Shown: positions 50,522-58,319 of the stretch, piece by piece
Position numbering within the stretch: position 1 is the stretch's first letter
How the letters are laid out: every line of letters starts with the position of its first letter
Origin: Nitrospinales bacterium
Lineage (GTDB): Bacteria > Nitrospinota > Nitrospinia > Nitrospinales > JAJDAT01
Direction: 5' to 3'
DNA: 64,000 bases
Assembly (NCBI GenBank): GCA_046757665.1
Contig: JBHHYO010000006.1
Location: 822 to 64,821 of the forward strand
Translations under genes and position numbers: made by a program
The notes under the pieces: model-generated
Databases searched by the model: none
Told to the model about the DNA's origin: nothing
The model's input: only the letters and a program-made list of their open reading frames with translations

Positions 50522-50561
50522 ACCGGGGCGGCGAAGAATCTCGGGCCAGGCAAAGGTGTTC

Positions 50562-50996
50562 TCAGCAGTGGGCCTTGATGGATTTGGCCGGCTCGGCTTT
50601 GGATGAACCGTCGAGGTTGACCTTTTCGACAACCTGTTCCCAGGCCTCCTGCAACGTGCCCAGGATTTGCAGAACCGATTCGACCGGCTTGGCCTCGCCC
50701 CTGATATTGGCCAGCGTCAACTGCCGCATCATGAATTGATAGAGGTCTTCCAGATGTTTGGCCACTTGCGGGCTTTTTTCCTGGTCCAGGGCCAGCGACA
50801 GCTCGTTAATGATGTCGCGTGTTTTGCGAAGGTGCACGCTTCTTCCGGAAATATCCCGCTTTGCCAGACAATTGAGAGCCATTTGGGCGTTTTTGATGGC
50901 CCCATCGTACATCATCAGGATCAGCTTGCCCTGGCTGGAAGTGCAAATCTCGTTTTGCCGGTATTCATTATAATATCTGGCGGAACCTAAACTCAT
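50562..50996 (-). CDS. fliS: Flagellin export chaperone FliS
   Basis: LILMMYDGAI, II.EL..AL, L..LY.FM, L.EAW. Confidence 0.92.
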   Translation of the reverse strand: MSLGSARYYNEYRQNEICTSSQGKLILMMYDGAIKNAQMALNCLAKRDISGRSVHLRKTRDIINELSLALDQEKSPQVAKHLEDLYQFMMRQLTLANIRGEAKPVESVLQILGTLQEAWEQVVEKVNLDGSSKAEPAKSIKAHC

Positions 50997-51022
50997 TGGA
51001 CGACTCCTTTGTCAATCATCGA

Positions 51023-52645
51023 TTATCCGCGGCCGAGAATGCCTTGAATTCCGTTAACGGAGGAAGTGAAAGCATCCCGTTGGGCATTCAATCTGCCCAC
51101 GATAACTTCCAGGTTGGTGAACCGGGTTCTCAGGTTATTTTCAAATTGCGTCAACCGTTCTTCCTGGCTGGCGATGGTGTCTTCAAAATCCTGGATGGTG
51201 CTGGTGACTGCATCGATATCCGAGGCCAGAAGCCCGCCACGCGAGAAGTCGGTCAGGTTGGCCAGTTTGCGGTTGAGAATTTCGGCAACGCCCAGTGACA
51301 GGGTAATCGTGCCGAAGGACCCGTCCGTGGTTGTGGCGGTGCTGAAGTTGAGTCCCTCGGCTTCCGTGCCGGTGGCTCCCGCGAACAGACTGCCCGATCC
51401 GGTGGTGGCAGTGAAGTTGTTTTGTCCCGTGACGCTCAATTGCGGTACGCCGCCGGAGATTTGAACGTCGAAAGTTCCCGCCTGGGTTTCTTCCGTGAAT
51501 CCCACGAAAGTGATGTTGGTATTGGTCGTGGAACCTCGGCTGGCAAACAACTGGCTGACGCCGCCGGCGTCCTCGTTGATCGCCTCGGCCAGTTCTCCCT
51601 CATCCAGTTCGAGCAGTCCGTCGGATGTGGTGGTGATTCCCACCTGGGAGAGGAAATCGAAGGTCCCCGAAGTTCCCGTCACCTTGTCGCTGACCACGCT
51701 ACGGAGGGTTTGTTGCAGGTTTTGCACTGTGAAATTTCCAAACAGCAGTCCCGTGGTGTTGGTGTCCGTATCCAGAAACGTCTGGTCTTTGATGAAGGTC
51801 ATCAAGCTGTTGAATCCGTCCACGAATGACGACACTTTGGTCTTGATCGCGTCAACGTCCGATTGCAGTGTGATGGTTCCCGACCCGGCGGATTTGAGGG
51901 ACAGGGTGGTTCCGGTTATGACGTCCGTTACGGTGTTGCTCGACTTGGTGACGGAAATGCCGTCCACTTCCAGAGAAGCGTCCCGCGCAGCCTGCGTTTC
52001 GCTGAACAGGAAGGTGCTGATTTCGCCGCCGCCGATGGATCGCTGGAACAGTCTGACGGAAACCGAGTTGTCCGCGCCGGTTTGGGTCCCGGCGATCGAC
52101 AGCCGGAAAGGACTGCTGGCATCGCCGTCGTTCAAAAATGAAGCGCTCACGCTGGCGCCGGAATTGTTGATGGCCTGCCTCAATCCGTCCAGGGTGTTGT
52201 TGGAGGAAGTGATGTCGATCAAGGTGAGGGTGCTTCCCACCTTGATCTCCAGCGTCCCCGTGGGGACGGTATCGGTGATGGCGCTGACGCCCTGCGAAAC
52301 CACCTTGCCCTCCTGGGCCAGGGAAAGCACCTTGAGAGTGAACGTGCCCGAGGCCGCCAGACTGTTCGTGGAAATGCCGACCACCTCGCGGGTACTCGTC
52401 GTATTTGTGTTGGTAAAGTTGCCGTTGACGGATAAAAACCGGCTTTCCTTGCTCAAGTCGAACGTGATGCTCTTGAACGTTTGCAGTCGGGATTTCAATT
52501 CCTGGAAAGAAGCCAGCTTTTGTTCTTCCAGGTTTTTCTTGGCGGTGACGATATCCGTCGTGCGCTTTTTCAGTCTGACCAGATTGTTGATGATGCTTGC
52601 GGTGTCGAGTCCCGAGTTTAATCCGAAAATTGCTGCCTCAGCCAT
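51023..52645 (-). CDS. fliD: Flagellar filament cap protein FliD
   Basis: GLNSGLDT..II, SNTV.DVI.G.TL.L, C-terminal RF..LE coiled coil. Confidence 0.92.
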   Translation of the reverse strand: MAEAAIFGLNSGLDTASIINNLVRLKKRTTDIVTAKKNLEEQKLASFQELKSRLQTFKSITFDLSKESRFLSVNGNFTNTNTTSTREVVGISTNSLAASGTFTLKVLSLAQEGKVVSQGVSAITDTVPTGTLEIKVGSTLTLIDITSSNNTLDGLRQAINNSGASVSASFLNDGDASSPFRLSIAGTQTGADNSVSVRLFQRSIGGGEISTFLFSETQAARDASLEVDGISVTKSSNTVTDVITGTTLSLKSAGSGTITLQSDVDAIKTKVSSFVDGFNSLMTFIKDQTFLDTDTNTTGLLFGNFTVQNLQQTLRSVVSDKVTGTSGTFDFLSQVGITTTSDGLLELDEGELAEAINEDAGGVSQLFASRGSTTNTNITFVGFTEETQAGTFDVQISGGVPQLSVTGQNNFTATTGSGSLFAGATGTEAEGLNFSTATTTDGSFGTITLSLGVAEILNRKLANLTDFSRGGLLASDIDAVTSTIQDFEDTIASQEERLTQFENNLRTRFTNLEVIVGRLNAQRDAFTSSVNGIQGILGRG

Positions 52646-52698
52646 CTTGTAACCCTCGATTTTTGGTGATCACATGAATTCAACTCTCTCACCTGTTT

Positions 52699-52726
52699 AT
52701 ATCGGGGGAAAAAATCTCAAACTTTA
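52699..52726 (-). promoter_or_regulatory. Sigma28 (FliA) promoter of fliDS
   Basis: TAAAGTTT-N12-CCCGATAT vs consensus TAAAGTTT-N11-GCCGATAA, 53 bp upstream of fliD. Confidence 0.78.
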
Positions 52727-52883
52727 GCTTTTTTCGCGGGTTGGGCAGGCTCCCCGGTATTGCGCCGCGAATCCGGGTTATTATTGTAACCCCTTATTTT
52801 TCAATAGGTAAAAAAGTGTCGCAATTTTCGCTGTTGTGGTCTAAACTAGGGCGGGGAAAATCCAAAACAAAAAAATCAGGCGC

Positions 52884-53519
52884 ATGGCGGAACAATTCGA
52901 CTTATTCGCGGAGCCGGAGCCGCGGGTCCCGGAAGAGCAAAAAGCGGTGGACCCGGGTCCACGGATTTTATATTTTGATCTGGAAACGCAAAAGGGATCC
53001 GACGAAGTGGGCGGATGGGCAAACATCCACCTGATGAAACTCGCCGTCGGCGTGGTTTGGGACAGCCGCGAGAAACAATTTTTCTCCTTTCTGGAAAACG
53101 AGGCCGACCGCCTGGTCGAAAAACTGCGTTCCGCCGACCTCGTTGTCGGGTTCAACGTCATCGGCTTCGATTACACCGTCCTGCAACCCTACGCCTCGAC
53201 CGATTTGCAGGAAATCAGGACGTTTGACATGTTGCTCGACATCAAGAAGAGGCTGGGGTTCCGCCTCAGCCTGAATCACCTGGCGCAACACACCCTGAAC
53301 GCCAAAAAAAGCGCCGACGGCCTGGTTTCCCTGCAATGGTTCAAGGAAGGGAAGATGGACAAAATCGTTGAATACTGCATCAAGGACGTGGAAATTACCC
53401 GCGACCTGTTTTTGTTCGGCGAGAAAAACGGTTATGTTGCCTATGAGAGCCGGGACAAGAGCGCGCAAAGGCTGACCGTGGACTGGAAGATCGAGAACGT
53501 TTTACCCGCCCGGCCTTGA
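52884..53519 (+). CDS. RNase H-like (YprB/RNase_H_2) DEDD exonuclease domain protein
   Basis: FDLETQ, GFN..FD, YC..DV. Confidence 0.85.
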   Translation: MAEQFDLFAEPEPRVPEEQKAVDPGPRILYFDLETQKGSDEVGGWANIHLMKLAVGVVWDSREKQFFSFLENEADRLVEKLRSADLVVGFNVIGFDYTVLQPYASTDLQEIRTFDMLLDIKKRLGFRLSLNHLAQHTLNAKKSADGLVSLQWFKEGKMDKIVEYCIKDVEITRDLFLFGEKNGYVAYESRDKSAQRLTVDWKIENVLPARP

Positions 53520-53564
53520 CGTGCGGCCGGATTTCCCGCCTCCCGCAATCGTCAAACGCAAACC

Positions 53565-55262
53565 ATGAAACCCAACATACCGGAAGACCTGAAGCGGGTC
53601 ATTCTGGAAATCGACGGATGGGGCTACAAAGCCTACAAGCGCCTGCAAGGCCGGAGTTACGATTTTGCTCCGTTCCTCGTGACGTTCGAGCACGTGCAGG
53701 GGGATGCCTACGCTCCACCCAGCCGTATCTCGGTCACGGTGGACCTGGCGGCGGCGGGGTTTGCCGACGAGTCGCTGTCTGATTCTTCCGTCCGACAGCT
53801 GGCGTTCGAGGATTTCCTGTTACGGTCGGTGCATCGGCGCGTCGAAAGTCTGCAAGCCCGCGTCCGGGGAACCGGGAAAAGCGGTCTCATCGACGTGCTG
53901 GCCCCCAGCCAGAAAATTCTCAAACGCAATGCCCTGCTGGTGGCGGCGGGAAAGATTCGGCTGATCATGTTCGCCGGATTGCCCGCAGACGGACGGCGGG
54001 TTTCCGGCCGGGAGTGCTTGTCGATGTTTGCCGAGACACTGCCGACGCTGTGGGCGGAGTCCCTGCTTGCGCCGCCGGTGGACCGGGACGCGCTACAACA
54101 ACACATTCATACGCTGGAGGACTACGAGGCGCTCCGAGGTTTGCTCGCGGAGAAAGGCTGGGTGGCTTTCGTCGCCAACGATTCCCTGTTGCCGCGCGCC
54201 TCGGGCATCAGCGACCGGCCCCTGGAAACGGGCGGGGTGCGGTTTGCCGCGCCGGAGGGGTTGACCGACGCCGTGGAACTGCCGCACCGGGGAACGGTCG
54301 AGGGAATGCCCGTCCCGCGGGGCGTCACCCTGATCGTCGGCGGCGGATTCCACGGCAAGAGCACCTTGCTGGCGGCGTTGCAATCGGCGGTGTATCCGCA
54401 TATCCCCGGCGACGGGCGGGAAACGGTGGCCACGGCGCCCGGCGCGGTCAAAATCCGCGCCGAGGACGGTCGGGCGGCCCACGGGGTGGATATCTCCGGA
54501 TTCATGGACCGCCTGCCGGGCATCCGCTCGACGAAAACCTTCTCCACGCAATCGGCCAGCGGTTCCACCTCGCAGGCGGTCAATATCATCGAGGCCCTGG
54601 AATCGGGCGCGGACTTGCTGTTGATGGACGAGGACACCTGCGCCGCCAATTTCATGATCCGCGACGCCCGAATGCAGAAGCTGATTCATGCCGACAAGGA
54701 GCCGATCACCCCTTATCTCGACCGCATTGGGGAGATCGGGCGCGCCGCCAGTTCCATCTTGGTGATGGGCGGTAGCGGCGATTATTTCGAGGCCGCCGAC
54801 CGGGTGATCGCCATGGAATGGTTTCGGCCCCGCCTGGTCACGCGCCAGGCCAAGGCCATTGCCGGGGAATTCCCCAGCGGCAGGCGGAAGGAAATCCGGA
54901 CGGATTTTCCGCCCGTCAAACCGCGCAGAATCGACCCGCAACGACTGACTTTTGACCGGGGAAACAAGGAGTGCGTCATCAAAACCAACGGATTGGTTAC
55001 GCTGACGCTGGGGAGGAATGAAATCGACACTCGTTACATCGAGCAGTTGGCGGAGGAAGGGCAGTTGGAGGCCTGCGGCTGGATCATGCGAAAATTAAAA
55101 ACCGTTTTGCGGCAAAATGAGCTTGCCAACAGGGCGGGGATCGAGGCGGTTTACCGGGAACTGGAAGAGAGGGGAATCGATACCCTCACTCCGTTCAACA
55201 CGGGGCGCCTGGCGTTGCCGCGCATTCAGGAAGTCATGGCGGCGCTCAACCGCCTCCGGTAA
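53565..55262 (+). CDS. ABC-class ATPase (ABC_ATPase family)
   Basis: HVQGD.YA.PS, GGGFHGKSTLL, KIRAEDGR, ASGSTSQA, DEDT.A.NFM.RD. Confidence 0.9.
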   Translation: MKPNIPEDLKRVILEIDGWGYKAYKRLQGRSYDFAPFLVTFEHVQGDAYAPPSRISVTVDLAAAGFADESLSDSSVRQLAFEDFLLRSVHRRVESLQARVRGTGKSGLIDVLAPSQKILKRNALLVAAGKIRLIMFAGLPADGRRVSGRECLSMFAETLPTLWAESLLAPPVDRDALQQHIHTLEDYEALRGLLAEKGWVAFVANDSLLPRASGISDRPLETGGVRFAAPEGLTDAVELPHRGTVEGMPVPRGVTLIVGGGFHGKSTLLAALQSAVYPHIPGDGRETVATAPGAVKIRAEDGRAAHGVDISGFMDRLPGIRSTKTFSTQSASGSTSQAVNIIEALESGADLLLMDEDTCAANFMIRDARMQKLIHADKEPITPYLDRIGEIGRAASSILVMGGSGDYFEAADRVIAMEWFRPRLVTRQAKAIAGEFPSGRRKEIRTDFPPVKPRRIDPQRLTFDRGNKECVIKTNGLVTLTLGRNEIDTRYIEQLAEEGQLEACGWIMRKLKTVLRQNELANRAGIEAVYRELEERGIDTLTPFNTGRLALPRIQEVMAALNRLR

Positions 55263-55310
55263 AGCAATGCCCTTGCCTTGAGAGGACAAAACTTGTAGCA
55301 TAAAAGGTGC

Positions 55311-55546
55311 ATGAGAATCAGGGTTCTTGGTGAAATTACCGGCGTTGAAACGATTGCGTCCGGCAATACCATTCGTGAGCTTTCGCGGTTGAAAAATGCC
55401 TACGGGAAAGGTCGCTGGAAAAAAATGAAGGGAACCGCCAGGGTGCGTCTCCCGATGGCGGGACTTGCAAGGCCGAGGTGCATTGGTACGAAGCGCACGG
55501 CATTGGGAAAAAGGAAATCAAGCTCAAACGGATTCTGACGGAATAA
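55311..55546 (+). pseudogene. Small basic TA-like protein, frameshifted near 55452
   Basis: MRIRVLGEI..ETIA..GRWKKMKG continues in another frame as AEVHWYEAHGIGKKEIKLKRILTE*. Confidence 0.65.
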
Positions 55547-55548
55547 TC

Positions 55549-56217
55549 ATGAAGCAACAATTATTAAAAACGCAATATGCTCTTTGCGTCAAGAACGAGG
55601 GTTACGCCGCCTCGCTGGAGCGCGGAAAGATGTACCGGGTGGTGCCTGACACTGACGCCGCCGGACATGGATGCATTCGGGTTATTGACGAGTCGGGCGA
55701 GGATTACCTGTATCCGAAGGATTATTTCCTAATTGGATTATTTTCTACTCCCAAATGGGAGGTGGTAAAAGACCAAGAAGGAAAAGAAGTCCTTTTTGAT
55801 GCAAAAAACAAAAACGCCATAAAATCTTTGCCCAAGCAATTGGAGACATTTGCAATCTATAGGTGGGTCATCGAAAACAAACAATACAAGAATAAAAGTT
55901 CCTTATTGCACATTGGAGAAGCAAAGAATCTAAGGAGAACGATAGGCGAGTATTTCAAGGGGAGCAGATATCAAAAAACCAGATACAGACTTCACCGGCG
56001 TTTTGAATCATTAAAAAGAAGAAACAAAAACATAAAAATTAAAATTGAGAGGTTGAAATTCAGCGGTTTAAAATTTAACGATAAAACTTGTATTCCAAAA
56101 AACGTTTTGGAATCGAAATATAATCGATTGGTCATGAAGAAGCTGGTCATGGACTACTATCGCTCAACGCTTTCCGATACGGGTCGCGGTCCTGATTCTG
56201 CCGCCTTCTGGAGGTGA
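55549..56217 (+). CDS. Fusion: small TA-partner domain plus degenerate GIY-YIG-like domain
   Basis: ALCVKNEGY..SLE..K.Y...RVIDESGEDYLYP followed by AT-rich AIYRW...HIGEAKNLRR. Confidence 0.55.
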   Translation: MKQQLLKTQYALCVKNEGYAASLERGKMYRVVPDTDAAGHGCIRVIDESGEDYLYPKDYFLIGLFSTPKWEVVKDQEGKEVLFDAKNKNAIKSLPKQLETFAIYRWVIENKQYKNKSSLLHIGEAKNLRRTIGEYFKGSRYQKTRYRLHRRFESLKRRNKNIKIKIERLKFSGLKFNDKTCIPKNVLESKYNRLVMKKLVMDYYRSTLSDTGRGPDSAAFWR

Positions 56218-56270
56218 TGGCGGCGCTCAACCGCCTCCGGTAAGGAAAAAACAGGGCCCGGCAAGAAAGT

Positions 56271-56747
56271 TCAGATGCTTCCGTAAATCAGCCGGCCGAT
56301 CACGGCCTCCAGGTCGACGCCGGATTCGGTTTCCTGCAATACGCCGCCGGGGGGGACGATATTCGGCGACCCGCCGCGGGAAATCGTCAGAACCTTGTTT
56401 CCCATCAAACCCCGTGTTCGTACCGAAATGATGGAGTCATCCGGCAGGACGATGTCCTTGCGGATTCTCATTTCGACCCGCGCCATGTCATCGGAGGTCA
56501 GGGAAATTCCATCGACAACTCCGATCTTGATACCGGCGATTTCAATTTTAGCGCCTTCGCTCATTCCGACCACCGACTGAAAATCGGCGTACACCGTATA
56601 GGTTCCGCCCGGAAACCGGTCGCCGTTTATGAAAACGAATCCGGAACAAATGAAACTGATAACAAGGAACAACCAAATGTTGAAGCGCGGGCGCGACCCG
56701 GAAAAATTTTCGTGCTTCCTGTTTTGATTTTCGGATGGCGATAACAT
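56271..56747 (-). CDS. mlaD: MlaD/MCE-family lipid transport protein
   Basis: F.SV.G...GA.I.IAGI.IG.V..I, T.GLMG.K, ETESGVDLE. Confidence 0.85.
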   Translation of the reverse strand: MLSPSENQNRKHENFSGSRPRFNIWLFLVISFICSGFVFINGDRFPGGTYTVYADFQSVVGMSEGAKIEIAGIKIGVVDGISLTSDDMARVEMRIRKDIVLPDDSIISVRTRGLMGNKVLTISRGGSPNIVPPGGVLQETESGVDLEAVIGRLIYGSI

Positions 56748-56993
56748 GATCGGACCTCTGTTTAAAGTTTTCGTTAATTATCTTGATCGGAAAATTTTGC
56801 ACAGACCATACCAAAAAACAACGGCGTTACGTTTTTTTTAAAAGTTTCCAGAAGTACTTATTTAACAATAAGATAAAAAAATACCCAAAACCCCATAACC
56901 GTTGAAAAACGTCCGGTTAGTGGGAATAATGTAGGAATTTTTTGCAATTGATGTGCAGTTTTTTATTCTGCCGGGAGGGGGGAGTTCGCTTCA

Positions 56994-58171
56994 CACACCT
57001 ACCCCCATTGTCTTTTCAATCTGCCGGATCAAAAGGGTTTCCGCCGCCGCATACCTGCATTTGGCGTTATATGTAAGGGATAAAAACGGAGACCGGAGAC
57101 GGGAGGCCGGAAAAGCGGGGTAATCCATTAAGCTATCGTTTTTCATTCAGGGACAAGCATAAGCGCCATCGAGTGTATGAGATCGAGAGCCAATCGTTCT
57201 GTCTGGCCTGCGCGCATTTTGGTGTTTGCACAACGTCGAGAACCGGCAGGCGCATCAGACGGCTCGAGCACGAAGACACCAAGCTGAAATTAGAGAAGCA
57301 GTACCAAACAAGCGAGAGCCAGGCCATTTACAAACTCAGGAAAGCAAGAGTGGAGCATCCCTTTGGTCATATAAAGCGCAATTTGGGAGTCGGAGCCTTT
57401 TTGCTCAAAGGTCTCGACGGAGTCAAAGCGGAGATGGCGCTTCTGTCGAGCTGTTTTAACCTGTCACGGATGATCACCTTGCTTGGAGTACCAACGCTGG
57501 TCGCCAAGTTATCGGGATAAAGGGGGATGGAAACCCCGCATTCCTCTAAAAAAAACAGGCCCGGTTAACGAAGATAACGCTTAATCGGGTCGAAAAAAGG
57601 TTGGATTAAGAACGGCGTCTGTTTTGACCAATCCATATTTTCAAAAACGCTACCTCCGCTTTTTTTAATCCTGTTGTGACACAGCCTGAGAGCGTGGGAA
57701 CGAGGGGGAACAAGAGCGCGGCGCGTGGGAACGAGGATGCGAAACGTGGATGGGAACGAGGAAAGAAAAATCCCCTAAACCTCCTCCCTTGAAGGGGGCT
57801 TTTCTGTGTCTATCTGTGTCCCCTTCGACAGGCTCAGGGCAGACATCGGTGGTTCAGTTTTTTTGCTTTTCTTTGCGCCCTTGGCGGCTTTGCGGTGATT
57901 TCGGCATGGTAAATTTTAATCTTCAAACGGCGGGGTTCGATATACCAAAACGCATTTTTGCAAATCATTTAAAATCATACGGATAAAAGACAAAATGCGA
58001 TCCGGTTTTTGGGCCGTTTTGCCGCGAAATTCGTTGATTTTTACCTGACCGCCAGCCGGGGAAACGGCTTGCGGCGCAATGGGTTGCCGATTTTGCTACC
58101 TGACGTTTCGACTATTTCGTTCCTCGTTTTTCAAAAAAAAATTTTTACGAAAATCGGCTCCGGTCAGGCGC
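56994..58171. repeat. Bipartite non-coding element, copy 2 (about 770 bp between the arms)
   Basis: Left arm 56994-57120 and right arm 57893-58171 homologous to 10670-11126. Confidence 0.85.
57119..57687 (+). mobile_element. IS1182-family remnant: 3' part of transposase plus right inverted repeat
   Basis: GNPLSY...C..C..FGVCT...Y.LRK..VEHPFG.IK..LG...F.L.G...V..E..L....FNL (stop 57520); terminus ttgtgacacagcct at 57674-57687. Confidence 0.8.
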
Positions 58172-58200
58172 TGTCATGGTTCGACGGGCTCACCATGACA
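58172..58200. repeat. REP-like hairpin abutting the right end of the element
   Basis: tgtcatggt-tcgacgggctc-accatgaca; shares the ttcgac.ggctca core with 57821-57843. Confidence 0.7.
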
Positions 58201-58319
58201 GGAATGCGGGCGGGCTCGGTCAGGCCCCGGTCATGTCTGCCGAAGGGCTTTGCATGAGAGGGACGCTCAACCGGCAGGTCGTGAAGGGGGTGGTTTCGGG
58301 TTTTTGTTCGTGTTGGGGG

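Larger units (their letters stand above)
55236..56243. mobile_element. Cassette bounded by 27-bp direct repeats of the ABC-ATPase 3' end
   Basis: atggcggcgctcaaccgcctccggtaa at 55236-55262 and 56217-56243. Confidence 0.82.

Noticed and set aside
57690-57760. Three gggaacgag-containing repeats as a mini CRISPR array next to a leader-like sequence
   Set aside because: Repeats are only 10-15 bp with short irregular spacers, and there are no cas genes in the window.
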